Source of the DNA: a phage
Direction: 5' to 3' (one strand)
Sequence record: PZ256263.1
DNA length: 64,000 nucleotides
Shown: positions 37,101 to 48,100 of the stretch, piece by piece
Layout of the letters: each line of letters opens with the position of its first letter
Numbering within the stretch: position 1 is the first letter of the stretch
Made by a program: the position numbers and the translations under genes
The notes under the pieces: generated by a model
What the model saw: the letters and a program-made list of their open reading frames with translations, nothing else
The model's database searches: none
What the model was told of the DNA's origin: nothing

Positions 37101-38556
37101 TCTTCATCTCTGGAGAAACATTATCAGCCATCTTCTGTAGTTCAGCAGCTTTCTCTACAAAGTTATTAAAGTCTTCACCATCACGAGCTTTGAATCGATT
37201 TGCTTCATTGTAGAAAGTCTTGTAAGCATCAATGAAATCACGGTCGGCTTGTGTACGGTTCTTAATATCAATTGGACTACCAGTAAAATCACCAGAAGCT
37301 CGGAGAGAAGTTAATTCACGGTCTAGGTTATCTAGAACATCTGTAAGAGCTTTCGTGTTGTCTTTGGTGTAGTCAGCCATTGCATCCTTCATAGCAACAG
37401 CCTGCTTCTGGTTGTGCTCATTATCAGCAAATGCTTTACCACGAGTCTTAGCAGGAGAAGCTAAAGGATTAAGGCCCGGAATGTTGGAATGTTCTTTCTG
37501 AACAGAAGCAGCTTTCTCAGCACGAGCTTGGTCAGTATTAAGAATACGCTGAGCAGCAGGAGAATCCACAGCAACAGCATCTGTAATACGGAATCCATTC
37601 TCATCCAGAAGATTCAGAGCAGAAGCAGCGTTAGCAGTTTCAGCTTTAGAGTAAGCTTCTTTCAGTTCATCAATGTTCTTAGCACTACGAATTAGTTCAT
37701 CATCAGCAGCAATATCAGTCTTCGCATACTCTGGAGTATTCTTGAAGACAGCAGAATCCGGACGGCTAATCAATCCATGAACCCCACCAACTGCACCACC
37801 GAATGCAGCACCCATAGCACCTTCTTCGATAGCACCTTCTAATACATTAGCAAAGGTTGTGTCATCTCCGTGCTTATTCTGAGCTTCAGCAGCACCTACA
37901 AGAGCACCACCTTTAGCACCAGCCACTGCGTTACTAGCAACGTTCTGACCAATACGTCCAAGTGTGGACTCAGCTGTACCAACAGCACCCGGAAGGATTC
38001 TCTGAGCCGCATAGTTAGCACCACCAACTAAGGCTGCATCTAGAATAGACTTATCTTCTCCCTCTTCAGGGGTTTGGTCTGCATATGCGCGACCTGTCTC
38101 ACGACCTGCTATGATAGCAGCAGCAGCCAATGGGTTAGCAACTGTCAAACCGATATCACCAGCAACGCCAGCATACTGACCGACAGTTTTACCAATCCCA
38201 TCCTCAATCTTATCCATACGTTCTTTCAGAAGGTTCTGAGAGTTCTCTTGGATACGCTTACCATAACTAGTCTGTGCTCCAGCTAGATTCTCACCAATCT
38301 CAACTAAACCACCAATACCTTTAGCAGCACTAGCTGCAATGTTTGCACCACCGGATTGAAGAGCATTTGACACACCTTGAGCAAACTCACCTATAGCACC
38401 ACGTTCTTCTTGTTGTGGTTGTGCTACTGGTTGTTCCTCAGGAATAGAGCCACCTGCTGCCTTATATTGTTCTCTCATTTGAGCTTGTTGCTCCGGAGAG
38501 GCATTCAGATACGCAGGAGCTTTGGAAGCTTCTTCCCACGGTTTAATGTTAGCCAT
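34135..38556 (-). CDS. very large internal virion/ejection protein (about 1473 aa)
   Basis: Track ORF 34135-38601; start moved to ATG at 38556 (MANIKPW) with GGAGA upstream because the track ATG lies inside the promoter motif; coiled-coil and Gly-rich segments. Confidence 0.7.
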   Translation of the reverse strand: MANIKPWEEASKAPAYLNASPEQQAQMREQYKAAGGSIPEEQPVAQPQQEERGAIGEFAQGVSNALQSGGANIAASAAKGIGGLVEIGENLAGAQTSYGKRIQENSQNLLKERMDKIEDGIGKTVGQYAGVAGDIGLTVANPLAAAAIIAGRETGRAYADQTPEEGEDKSILDAALVGGANYAAQRILPGAVGTAESTLGRIGQNVASNAVAGAKGGALVGAAEAQNKHGDDTTFANVLEGAIEEGAMGAAFGGAVGGVHGLISRPDSAVFKNTPEYAKTDIAADDELIRSAKNIDELKEAYSKAETANAASALNLLDENGFRITDAVAVDSPAAQRILNTDQARAEKAASVQKEHSNIPGLNPLASPAKTRGKAFADNEHNQKQAVAMKDAMADYTKDNTKALTDVLDNLDRELTSLRASGDFTGSPIDIKNRTQADRDFIDAYKTFYNEANRFKARDGEDFNNFVEKAAELQKMADNVSPEMKKAIGGLKKLKGMPEGFNPIQDAYTLNNTAKFMSNQDRGWTSLTDDGFREASSPSLVMNTLGAAKYALNRFSSQRARSQRVKQQESNSEAIRSLARGDLEVARAKSTADEARAKMEEEPVVDDIKFKTQNDVETEPVREPSSSTVTEENLPSSAPQETSLTARDLVAQRRAIRQAEQRRAEEEAAAAQEAPVEQAPQAEPLPARNPLEERRAMEQQRAQEEAAQAPEPTVEEPTVKAEPLPARAPKAPKEAVQDVKPASGVERLAAMSSAARQATKDRAERFARSLYSKAAKAKATAENFLAYKGDPKELMRRIRQEDNAINTERHEEMARNQLASQQGIATAKNNTVRTNFAEWVKERGLPEDIATKALRAEEKGLGGNVTNLDSLKRRAERLYQKQREDEFDRLYQQALEENKAFDKKDAPKLVDQKKELQSEIDTLIDSEPLRPAQKDAMRKLMNDFVDGKFKSSEKAGREEALEVGQMKDIWDGFINTYNREVNAFNKANKNSQYEAAAKHLQAREERLATLRKKAQARSDAKAAVENERKTLEAIAAQKSEIEKMMEGLPKPVREAQESRTLKQLAAHHDKNSPVPPEKFRSYIERIHNAESDYLDRQRRLTDAEEDARQAKLNKMYEQAEEMNRKFDVDKRVKRSEELKAAQERENDLMAVQRQRDDIHRRLMRTMEDKGISREDAEAFAGSYMDNRYALLEKPMTPTEHQNARSRIEADVEKFAKKYESMTPIEKEIVKVTGDTEGKLDNLDADTRKAVEEAQKVDSDIKKLQEEELEMEKIRSALPDDERSQANSDILESIKQQEEVFADKVEKAFLSGKSLDELASVAEVLDRVHGADKAGNNRRFVRALQTAAENKKKYGDNPVAWFSADDYSAIAKLGASSAGGNKSRALEKIFGSTAEQAKSKLLGRDDVAKIRRVIEENPDIKIPSYKTTNRTEYLQFLEKFNDEGKPKIKRGSLSEKLERSKRQSRLRVRVRPKE

Positions 38557-38594
38557 AACGTCTCCTTTTATAAATAAAAATGTCCTACCCCCTA

Positions 38595-38603
38595 TATACA
38601 TTA
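38595..38603 (-). promoter_or_regulatory. TAATGTATA motif, candidate promoter for the large ejection-protein gene
   Basis: Minus strand reads ctaTAATGTATAtag, about 28 nt upstream of AGGAG and ATG 38556. Confidence 0.5.
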
Positions 38604-38623
38604 TAGAAGGCAGGACTTAGGTC

Positions 38624-40279
38624 TTATTGCGTGAACCAGCTAGTGTCTTCGACAGCTGATAAAGCACCGTTCAGTTTAGGATTGGTTGCTGCACCACCAA
38701 CTGCTTCTTCTGCTTGTTCAGAGAAAACACCTAGAGGGTCATAGAAACCACCAGAAGGGATTGCACGGTTAACCAATGCAGTAGCTCTCTTCTTATCCAT
38801 ACCAGAACCGATGTACGCTTCGATAGTAGCTCTCTTAGCATCAGCAACACCTTTCATTGCAGAGGTGTGACCAACGTTAGCTTGCTTACGAGCATAAGCA
38901 AGAGCAGAATCAGTAGGACGCCATCCAGATTTCAGTGCAAACTTGTTGCCAACACGAACGAAGATTGATGGGTCTTCTGCAAAGTGCCCCAAGTCTTCTT
39001 CGGTAAGAGAACGAGTAGCACCGATTTCAGCTCTTGCGGAGTTCATGATAGCTTGCATGTAAGCAGAACGAGCTGTCTGATAGTCTTTATCTTTAACCGC
39101 TTTGTCAGCCAAATCCAAATCTTTGTTGGACTGGTTAAACAGACCACCTTTCTCTGCCCACTGCTTAGCAACTGTACCTTCAGCTGTGTTCTGAGCAAGA
39201 CGAACTTCTTTAGGGTTAAAGTTAAAACTCTGAGCAGCTTGTTCAGCACGTTCAGCCTTAACTTTATCACGATAACCAATCAACTCTTTCTGACGTTCAA
39301 AGTTCATGTTAGCTCTTTCTTCAGCGGCACGACGAGTTTCATCAGCACGCTCACGCATAGTTTGCTCTTGAATCTGTTGACGTCTATCCCATTCAGCATT
39401 TTGTCGTTCTTCACGAGCAGCATACAGCGCTTCTTTCTGAGCAGGGTCTACAGCTCTCATCTTCAGTAGAGAAGGGTCTCCGTTAGCAATAGCAGCTGCG
39501 ATCGAGTCTTGAGAGAAGCCTTGTTCAATCAGAGCATCACGGTTAGCTTCCAGTTGCTTCTTAGTCTCATCTTGATTAGCCATTCCCTGACCAATCTGGA
39601 AAGCTTCAATAGGAGATTTACCTGACATAATGGAAAGACCTACACCCATCAAACCTGTGTAGAAACTAGAGTTCTGATAGAATGGTTCTTTCTGTAGCTT
39701 GTTCCAAGCTTCCGAAGGGTCTTTAGCTTTCGCAACTTGCAAGATATCATTGTTAACACGTTCCTGATCTTTAGCACGAGTAGCAGCAGCCATTCCATCA
39801 CCAGTATCTTGTCCTTGAGCAAGAGTATTAATCACACCTTGTGCCTGTTCCACCTGAGAAGGAGTAAACTCCATAGGACCAGCTTCTAACGGTTTAGTAG
39901 GAGGTGTTACCGGAAGAGGGTCACTAGGCATAAGCCCAGCATCCTGTAAACCTTGATCAGTGGATAGGTTAGGGTTAGACGCTACAGGGGCCGGTGCTCC
40001 AATATCAATACCCTGAAGACTGGTAGGAGTCCCTTGATTCTGCTGTTCCATAAGACGTTGCTGGAATCCCGGATTAACCATAGCATTCTGATCTTCTTCT
40101 GCCTGAGAGACAAGACCCGCAAGAGATGAAGGTACAGCAGGACGTTGATACATAGAAATATCTGCTGTCTGAGTTGGTCTAGCCATATAAGGAGAGGCCG
40201 AAGCCGCTCCCGGATTAACACCATAGAAAGTATTTCTCGGGTCACGACTTCTGACCTGAGCGTAAGTTGTCTGTTGCAT
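38624..40279 (-). CDS. internal virion protein
   Basis: Track ORF 551 aa; position in the ejection block. Confidence 0.6.
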   Translation of the reverse strand: MQQTTYAQVRSRDPRNTFYGVNPGAASASPYMARPTQTADISMYQRPAVPSSLAGLVSQAEEDQNAMVNPGFQQRLMEQQNQGTPTSLQGIDIGAPAPVASNPNLSTDQGLQDAGLMPSDPLPVTPPTKPLEAGPMEFTPSQVEQAQGVINTLAQGQDTGDGMAAATRAKDQERVNNDILQVAKAKDPSEAWNKLQKEPFYQNSSFYTGLMGVGLSIMSGKSPIEAFQIGQGMANQDETKKQLEANRDALIEQGFSQDSIAAAIANGDPSLLKMRAVDPAQKEALYAAREERQNAEWDRRQQIQEQTMRERADETRRAAEERANMNFERQKELIGYRDKVKAERAEQAAQSFNFNPKEVRLAQNTAEGTVAKQWAEKGGLFNQSNKDLDLADKAVKDKDYQTARSAYMQAIMNSARAEIGATRSLTEEDLGHFAEDPSIFVRVGNKFALKSGWRPTDSALAYARKQANVGHTSAMKGVADAKRATIEAYIGSGMDKKRATALVNRAIPSGGFYDPLGVFSEQAEEAVGGAATNPKLNGALSAVEDTSWFTQ

Positions 40280-40292
40280 ATTTATCTCCTAA

Positions 40293-41261
40293 TTAAGTAC
40301 TAGCCAACCCACCGATTACACCCCCAGCTAATGCACCCCAAGGCCCAAAGGAAGAGCCAGCTGCTGCACCACTCATAGTTCCACCAAGGAAACCACCTTT
40401 GCCACCAGATGTTTTAGTAGTTGTAGTTTGTCCGAGAGCACCGTTAAGTACACCTGCTGCACCGAGTTGGTTATTGATATCTTGCCATCCCCAATTAGCT
40501 GCGTTCTGAGCATTCTGGTAGGCATTATCATATTCATTCTGTTGTTGCTGTTGTTGCTGCAACCCTGCATTCCATTGATTCATTATTTGCTGTTGAGACA
40601 AATTAGCACCCTGCTGACCTAGGTTAGAAAGGTTAGAACCAATATTAGAAAGACCAGAGAGAGCAGCTGCCTGATTCTGTCTATTACCAGAGAGGATGCT
40701 TTCAGCTTGGCTAATAGCCGAGTTATAGGCACTATTGGTAATATCTGTTGCTTGGCCTTGCATCTGATTCAGAGCATCACCTTGGGCAAAAGACTTAGCC
40801 ATACGAGCACCTGAACCTTGTTGACCAGCATACTGTTGAGCTAACTGAGGAAGAGCATTACGTGCCAAGTTCTGTTGAACCTGTTCATTATTAGCTGTAA
40901 TGGCTGCTTGCACAGCGTCATCATCATACAGTTGACCAGCGAGAGCACCAATCTGTTCTCCAGTAATCCCACCTTGTCCAGAGAGGCTCTGATAGCCTTT
41001 ATAGGCATTATCCAGATACCCTAACCCTTGACCTGCTGCATCCATGTATTGCTGTGAGAGAGTGCCTAAAGCGCCAGATTGTGCTAGGTTATTAAGTGCC
41101 TCTGTCTGATTATTATTAAACCCTACATTGTCACGATAAACATAATCCCCTGAACTAGTATTACCAATCTGTTGGTTAAGCTGGTCAATATACTGTTGAA
41201 TGTATTCAGGGCGAATCATTTGGGAAGTAGTTTTACTACCCCCGCCTCCGAAAAGTCCCAT
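40293..41261 (-). CDS. Gln/Asn/Gly-rich virion protein with C-terminal glycine-zipper segment, paralog 1
   Basis: Track ORF 322 aa; QQQQQQ run, NWGWQDINNQLGAAG, C-terminal GGFLGGTMSGAAAGSSFGPWGALAGGVIGGLAST. Confidence 0.6.
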   Translation of the reverse strand: MGLFGGGGSKTTSQMIRPEYIQQYIDQLNQQIGNTSSGDYVYRDNVGFNNNQTEALNNLAQSGALGTLSQQYMDAAGQGLGYLDNAYKGYQSLSGQGGITGEQIGALAGQLYDDDAVQAAITANNEQVQQNLARNALPQLAQQYAGQQGSGARMAKSFAQGDALNQMQGQATDITNSAYNSAISQAESILSGNRQNQAAALSGLSNIGSNLSNLGQQGANLSQQQIMNQWNAGLQQQQQQQNEYDNAYQNAQNAANWGWQDINNQLGAAGVLNGALGQTTTTKTSGGKGGFLGGTMSGAAAGSSFGPWGALAGGVIGGLAST

Positions 41262-41273
41262 ATCAAATCTCCT

Positions 41274-42326
41274 TTAGTTTGCTCCAAATGCCCCTAAGAC
41301 ACCACCTAAGATATTACTACCTGCTGTGGATAACCAGTTAGACTGACCTTTCTGTTGAGAAAGGTTAGAACCTCCAATCATAGGACCAGCCATTCCAGAT
41401 TGCCCACCTGAGTTGTTATAGGAACTCCAAGCATTCTGAGTCTGTTGGTTAGGAGAGAAAGCACCCATACGACCTGCAATACCTAATCCAGTGATACCAG
41501 CACCTAGGAGCTGTTGTCCAGTATTAACCCCCGGAGCAGCATTCTTAATCGTGTACCCAGCCATTGGGCTTACACTATTTAATACATTAAGTTGGTTGTT
41601 AAGCTGATTCCACCCATACTGTTGAGAGCCAATAGCGTTCTGCCAATTAATATCAGCTTGAGCTTGGGCTTGTTGCTGTTGTAGATTACCAGCCATGAGT
41701 TGATTCTGGATAGCTTGTTGAGTTGCCTGAACACCTTGAGCACCAAGATTGAGATTCTGTCCAGCCAATCCTGACTGAGCACCAAGTAAGCCCCTCTGGA
41801 AGTTTTGGTCTTGTTGAAGAGCACTGATTCCCATATTCTTGCCACTGATAGTACGAGCTAAGTTTGTATTAGCACTGTTCAGAGCAGCACCTTGAGCAGC
41901 AGCTCTACGGAGAGAACCTGAATCAGAACCATTTCCGAGGGATACATTGGAAGCTGCTTTGCTAGTAGCTTGTGCAAGGGCTGAGTTATTCAAACCTTTA
42001 CTAAAGTTATTAACCCCTTCAGCTGTTACTCCACCACCATTGACAATATTCTGATACTGCTGTGCAAGAGAGTTTAATTGGTCCAACCCTTGCTGTGTAC
42101 GAGGCGTGTACATATCAGCCAATTGCTTCTGAGTAGTAGAAGCTGCTAAGTTGTTCAGAGCACCCTGTTGGTTGCCATTAAACCCAGCCAGTTGTTGGGA
42201 GATGAATCCCGGATCGTTGTTCTGCATATTCTGAGCATTAGCAACAATCTGCTTCAGCAGGGCATCAACCTGAGAGGAAGGGGCCACTGTGGTTTTGCTA
42301 GAAGCTGATTTTCCAAATAAAGACAT
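41274..42326 (-). CDS. Gln/Asn/Gly-rich virion protein with C-terminal glycine-zipper segment, paralog 2
   Basis: Track ORF 350 aa; LQQQQAQAQADINWQNAIGSQQYGWNQLNNQL parallels the 40293 ORF. Confidence 0.6.
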   Translation of the reverse strand: MSLFGKSASSKTTVAPSSQVDALLKQIVANAQNMQNNDPGFISQQLAGFNGNQQGALNNLAASTTQKQLADMYTPRTQQGLDQLNSLAQQYQNIVNGGGVTAEGVNNFSKGLNNSALAQATSKAASNVSLGNGSDSGSLRRAAAQGAALNSANTNLARTISGKNMGISALQQDQNFQRGLLGAQSGLAGQNLNLGAQGVQATQQAIQNQLMAGNLQQQQAQAQADINWQNAIGSQQYGWNQLNNQLNVLNSVSPMAGYTIKNAAPGVNTGQQLLGAGITGLGIAGRMGAFSPNQQTQNAWSSYNNSGGQSGMAGPMIGGSNLSQQKGQSNWLSTAGSNILGGVLGAFGAN

Positions 42327-42345
42327 AAGTCCTCCTTAAAGATTA

Positions 42346-43128
42346 TTACTTTACACCAATGCTAGCCAGACGTCTGAGCACTGCTTGTGTTTGTGGACTG
42401 TACTGAGAACCTGCTGCATGTGGTGCACTTGCCCTCTGAACTGTTTGAGAAGTGGGAGGTTTACCAGCAAGCATAGCAGCTACCCCTAATACTGCATTAC
42501 CAAAGTTCTGTTGAGGTTTCTGATTTTCGCCTTCCTGCACTTCATCAGAGTAAAACTCTACTGGATTTCCACCTAAAGCACCTGTCTTAGAAGCAGCAAT
42601 CTCTGCCTGAGTTGGAGCTTGTGCGGCCTTCTCTCTATCTAACAAGTCAGGACTAAACTGATTGACTGGTTGAACAGCTTGCAAAGCTCCAACAGGGTTA
42701 GCAATCTGAGAAGCTGCATCACCATAGAAAGGAAGAAAGTGTTTGTTGTTCATTGAGTCAAGGGCTTGAGGTGTAAATCCCTTTTTACCAGCGAACATTT
42801 GCTTAGCACCACCGATACCTTCTGAGTAACCAACCATTGCTTTCTTAACATCACCATTAAAAGCCTTTAAGTTATCTCTAATATAACGAGCACCCATATC
42901 AATATTCTTTGCTGGGTCAAGTCTGTCTTCTAGTTTGTAACCGTAATCTTTAGCCAACCCTTTACTAATCTGCATTAAACCTACAGGACCAGTTCCAGAA
43001 GCCACTGTAGGACGACCACTAGACTCTCTTTGGATTACAGCATGAATCAAAGCAGCAGGAATCCCATACTTCTTTGAAGCCTGTTGAACCATTGGGTCTA
43101 GTTCTTCAATACCCATTCTAATTGACAT
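42346..43128 (-). CDS. lytic transglycosylase (SLT domain) virion protein
   Basis: Track ORF 260 aa; ESSGRPTVASGTGPVGLMQISKGLAKDYG matches the SLT catalytic motif. Confidence 0.8.
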   Translation of the reverse strand: MSIRMGIEELDPMVQQASKKYGIPAALIHAVIQRESSGRPTVASGTGPVGLMQISKGLAKDYGYKLEDRLDPAKNIDMGARYIRDNLKAFNGDVKKAMVGYSEGIGGAKQMFAGKKGFTPQALDSMNNKHFLPFYGDAASQIANPVGALQAVQPVNQFSPDLLDREKAAQAPTQAEIAASKTGALGGNPVEFYSDEVQEGENQKPQQNFGNAVLGVAAMLAGKPPTSQTVQRASAPHAAGSQYSPQTQAVLRRLASIGVK

Positions 43129-43137
43129 AATAACTCC

Positions 43138-44172
43138 TTATTGTATACTCCTGAATATTTTCCTAGCATCTAATATCGGAATGCTTAATCCGAGAGCACC
43201 ACCCCCTCCTAAATCATATTGACTACTCCAAGAGTAAATCATCCTTCCGAAACCTGTACCGAAAGAAGAGCCATTCATCATGTGAGATCTTGTGTGTTGA
43301 AAATACCAACCACTAGCCTTACCTCTTATTGCTCCAGCACCATAAGATAGAGGTATCATTGGATAGGCCAAAGATGTGTTACCACCACTCATAGGCATAA
43401 ATCCCTCAACATTAAAAGGGGTTCTATATGTAGAAAAAACACACTGAGACCCATTTGGAGAAAAGATATTTAAACCTCCATTGTGGGTTGGTACTCCCGA
43501 ACCATCACAGAAGACGGCAATCCTAACACCACCAATGTACCCTGTTTGGTTTGTGTTACCATTATCATGAGATCTGTTCTGGTACACATAAACAACCCTA
43601 TTAGATGGGTTGTATAGTAGCCCTGCTCCGCCGTTACTCCAATTCGCGTAGACAGTTGCTCGGCTCATGTCAAAACCACCAATATCTGGTATTTGAAGAG
43701 AACCGTTTATATCACCCTCCCAAGCCCAAATACATTGACCAACAACTCCAGAATCAGAGATTGAGAAATAGTCAGCAGAGTTGGAGAATGTGATTCCATA
43801 GTTCCTGTTAGCTCTAGGCCATATTTGATACACATTAAAAGCCATATCAAATACCCAACCATTTACGTTATAGTCCATAGTAACTCTGAAGGTTGAGTTA
43901 TTAATAACAGATATATCCGTTAGCCAATATACATCAGACGTTACATTAGGAGGTATATATCTCTCCCAAACAACAGACCCTGTTGGAACTACAACTATCT
44001 GACCACTACCATCCCAACCACTTATAGGCAAATCACAGGTATTTCCGCTAAAAGAGAAATTCCCACTGACTCTATTTCTGAGTTGAGGGAATGTGCTACC
44101 ACTATCAATATAAATATCAGCAGGGGCCGCTGGACCCGGACCAACCGGGCGTGTCCATATTCCATATGCCAT
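43138..44172 (-). CDS. virion structural protein
   Basis: Track ORF 344 aa; stop/start adjacency with flanking structural genes. Confidence 0.55.
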   Translation of the reverse strand: MAYGIWTRPVGPGPAAPADIYIDSGSTFPQLRNRVSGNFSFSGNTCDLPISGWDGSGQIVVVPTGSVVWERYIPPNVTSDVYWLTDISVINNSTFRVTMDYNVNGWVFDMAFNVYQIWPRANRNYGITFSNSADYFSISDSGVVGQCIWAWEGDINGSLQIPDIGGFDMSRATVYANWSNGGAGLLYNPSNRVVYVYQNRSHDNGNTNQTGYIGGVRIAVFCDGSGVPTHNGGLNIFSPNGSQCVFSTYRTPFNVEGFMPMSGGNTSLAYPMIPLSYGAGAIRGKASGWYFQHTRSHMMNGSSFGTGFGRMIYSWSSQYDLGGGGALGLSIPILDARKIFRSIQ

Positions 44173-44173
44173 G

Positions 44174-45142
44174 TTACCAACTCCCTATTCTTATGCGAAG
44201 AGTTCCACTCCCATCATAAAAATCTATTCTATTACCATTCATCCACAACTGAGAACCACCTGTACCACCCATAACAAAATCACCACCAACAGTAAGTCTC
44301 CAGTTAGAACCCCACATAGAACCAGCAGTGATTTTATCCGCTGATAAGTTCTGAATCTGAGCATTGGAGATGGATACGTTATCAATCTGTGCCCATTGGA
44401 TTCTAGCGTTAGCTATCTGAGCTGTTGTGATATTGACGTTCTTTATATCAGCAAACTCCATCCTAGCCCTACCACCCTCAAACACAAAAGGTGTGTTACC
44501 AGAGCTGCCATCACCAACAATAAACTTGTTAGCTGTTACTTGGAATTGACTGTTTGTTCCATTGTTAGTTAACTTGACCCCAGCATACCTTCCGTTGACT
44601 GTAGAGTTAACACCCCACGTAGCTTCATACTCAGAGAGTTTCATATACTGAGAGAGGCTTCCGTTGATATTTTGTAGTTCTGTCTGAACAAGAGCAATCT
44701 CTTGACCTTGATCATTAACAATACCTTCTACTGTCTGAATCTTAGTTGTGTTGCCTTCGATGCTAGTCTTAAAACCAGATACAGTGCTTTCTAGTTTTAC
44801 AGGAGGTTGAACAGAGTTATCCCAAATGTCCTCAGTGGACAGATTCCCCATCTGGGTTTGGATATCTGCAATAGCTGTTTCTATCTCTGTAGTAATTCTA
44901 TTCTCAAGCTCATCAAATTGAAGATTCATTGCATTAAGAGCTTTAATACGAACATCAATCTCTTCGTGAATTTCATCTATAGCTTGGAACATTTGGTTAG
45001 TAGCTGTGCTAACTTTTTGTAATTCATCATACACTGCTACGTTATATGTTTCTGTGTCCTGTACATTATTGAGAAACCCAACGTTGTACGGGAGTGTGGT
45101 GTTGTTGCGACCAGTGTTCTTACGAAAACCACCTGCACCCAT
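44174..45142 (-). CDS. tail fibre / host-recognition-like protein
   Basis: Start moved to internal ATG (residue 23 of track ORF) because a terminator hairpin and GGAGGAA lie upstream; C-terminal repeats NVNITTAQIANARIQWAQIDNVSISNAQIQ. Confidence 0.55.
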   Translation of the reverse strand: MGAGGFRKNTGRNNTTLPYNVGFLNNVQDTETYNVAVYDELQKVSTATNQMFQAIDEIHEEIDVRIKALNAMNLQFDELENRITTEIETAIADIQTQMGNLSTEDIWDNSVQPPVKLESTVSGFKTSIEGNTTKIQTVEGIVNDQGQEIALVQTELQNINGSLSQYMKLSEYEATWGVNSTVNGRYAGVKLTNNGTNSQFQVTANKFIVGDGSSGNTPFVFEGGRARMEFADIKNVNITTAQIANARIQWAQIDNVSISNAQIQNLSADKITAGSMWGSNWRLTVGGDFVMGGTGGSQLWMNGNRIDFYDGSGTLRIRIGSW

Positions 45143-45150
45143 AAGTTCCT

Positions 45151-45180
45151 CCAAAACAATAAAAGGGGCACGAAGCCCCT
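45151..45180 (-). terminator. stem-loop terminator after the large Ig-domain tail protein gene
   Basis: Minus RNA aggggc-uucgu-gccccu followed by uuuuauuguuuu, 5 nt after the stop at 45186. Confidence 0.55.
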
Positions 45181-45185
45181 TGTTG

Positions 45186-48100
45186 TTATCTCCGCCCGCC
45201 AACAGCAAACTCTATCGTTAAACCATTGATAGCAGCATTACTGTTAACATCATTATCTATAACATTATAGAAAAGGTATGGATGGTTCAGTCTCACCGAG
45301 ACATGCCTGTCAACACCGATCGTATATGTTTTAGATGTGTGTGGGTGTCCATATTCATTTGAGAATTGACTACCACCAGCTTCAAATATGTAAGTACCTG
45401 AACCAGTTGTCTGAGGTCGGAACCTGTTAATATGCTTCTGATTCCACTCATTCGTCACATTATCAAAATCTATACCAGTCCTCTCCAACCTCATTTCCAG
45501 AGGTTTCTCTATAACAACATCGTTTAGCCTGTCATAGAAATAATCAAGAGCGCCTACATCCACCTGATAGAATCCCTTCAAGAATGAACCTACTATCGTA
45601 ACCCTCTGTCTAAAGTTTGTTGCATCCTTTCTCCAAACGAGTTCTTTAATAGATGGGTCATCCCAAGTGATTTCTTGGAAGTCAGACCAGATTGGACCTC
45701 TTTCTAAAACAGGAGGATCAACCAGACCAATACACTGAGCATATGGGATAGTACGGAAAGACCAAGTATCAAACTCATAATTCCATACAGCAGCTTTAGT
45801 ACAAGCGAAGCTTTCTTTTGGCTCCCCCGGACCTACATACAGAACCCAAACTTCTTTCTTATCCTGATGCAAGTGTACTCGAGTTGCTAGAGGGTTAACC
45901 AGACACACCTCGTTAATCAGCATGTTTTTGACACGGTTAGATGCAATTGACTTCTTGGTTGCACCATTATGTAAGATCACATCGTTCTGAGTAACTACGA
46001 AGTGACTACCTTCTACTTCAACCACACACTCAGGAGCAAGGATACCAGAGTCGTTAAAGAGTTTCTTGAACATTAGAGGTTGGTACGTGTTATTAGTCGG
46101 AGAACCAATATACGTTTCAAACTCTGTATAAACAAACAAGTAGTCTTTAAGAGGTAGGATATCAATCAAGCTACCATTAGAATCTGCTAAGTCGATGTAA
46201 CCAGCATACCCATTCTCTAGAGCCTGAGTCTGCCCTACGATGTTAGAAGCTAAGTCCGAAGACACAACTCGATCATAGGCAAAGTCATCCCACAGTGTAG
46301 GAGCCTTGTTCTCGTTGGCAAAGTTAGACCAACGAAGACGAAGAGGGTAGTTAGTGGTAACACCAGAAGCATTAGCCTCTCTCATATTCAGAGCAAAAAG
46401 ACGGTTGTTAAAAGATCTTACTCTCTCACATTTCCAGTTAAACTTCTTGACTGAAGGGTTTCCATCATTATCAACAACTGTTTGCTCACCCCACCCCGGA
46501 AGGTCTACAAAGTATTCTGATTCGAATTCTTTTACCTGAGGAGTTTCATAGTGAGTTGTAGCAACTGCACAGTTAGAGATAACAGCGTGATACCAAGGGT
46601 AGTCATCAAAAGCATCGTAATCCTTCTGAGTCATCTGACTGACAGTACATGTTACGTTAATCTCTCCTTTACGAAGAGCAACCAGTTTGATAGATTTACC
46701 AGTAACTGAGGTTGTAGAAACATAACCAGTTTTATCAACAGACCACTGATAAGAGTACTCACCTTCTGGAGAAGCTGTGGCTGTAATGACAATCTCTTCA
46801 CCAACATCAAGAGAAGCGCTGACAATATCTAAGGTTACAGATGACAGAGGGGTTGCCAGTAAAGAAGCTCTTGCAAAACCTTCAATGTCATTCACGTTAG
46901 AGTAATCGTAGAAGTTATTACCTTCGTACATCCCTGACGTATCAATACCAGATGTAGGCTCAGCAAAATAAACCGTCTCTTCACTTTCAGGAGGAGTTAC
47001 TACTTCTTCCTCTTGAGTTTCTACTGACTCTGACACAGGAGCGGCAAATGCCATAGCACTTGTTCTCATTGTCCTTCCAGCTAAATCCACACGTACAGTA
47101 CAGACAGCAACTCTGCTACCTTCTTCAGTGGTAGCTGTAATCTCAGTAAAACCAGCAAGTAGAGCGTTGATCGTCCCTTGTGTGCCAGTCCCTGATACTG
47201 TTGCAATATTTGGATTAGAAGAGGTCCAAGTAATATTTTGATTAGGGGCGTTAGCAGGAGAAAGGGTAGCAGTTAAGATATACTGAGAACCTCTACTCAC
47301 AGTAACATCTGACTGGCTTAAAGAAATGCTATCAATCTGAGGGATAGAAACAACCTCACAAGAAGCAGTCTTAGTTCCGTTATCAGCAGTGATTGTTACG
47401 TTACCTTCTCCATTCGCTGTAATGACGGCAGTTAAAGAGTTGGCATTAGGGGTTACGGATACGATAGAAGCGTTATTGCTGGACCAAGTTACAGGAGTTT
47501 TGCCAGTAACAGCCGTGAGAGTAGTAGTCCCTCCTTTACGAATTGTAACAGTGTCTTGACTCAAGAAGATGCCTGAATCACCATCAATGATATTAACAGC
47601 AATCTGAGCCACTACGGATTCATTGGCAGTAGAGATAGTTACTACAAGATTACCCTCTTTCTCAAAAGATGTTAGAGTAGCAAGTTTAGAGTCACTAGGG
47701 TCTACCGTAACACTTCCATAGGCCGAGTTACTAACCTCCCAAATAAGATCAGTATTGTTAGCATCAGCAGGGAGAAGAGAAACCTCTAGATTCTTGGTCT
47801 GATTGAAGTTCATTGAGATAGTTGATTCTTTAGGAACGATCTGAGAAACAACTGGATAAATCTTAATTGAGGCAGAAGCCTTCTTAGTGACTGTAGCAAC
47901 CTTACGGCTAATATCAGTCAAGCTTTCATCTGTCAGTTTATATAACTTCTTATCCGTACCTACAACAAGAAAGCTATTACCTGCGCTATAATAATCGAAA
48001 GGCATAGAAACGAAAGACAGAGGGGTTAAATCCTTATCTTCATCTACATAAGAAAGAGGGGCATTGCCCCCCGTCTTAAATACTCTCTGCTCAACAAATC

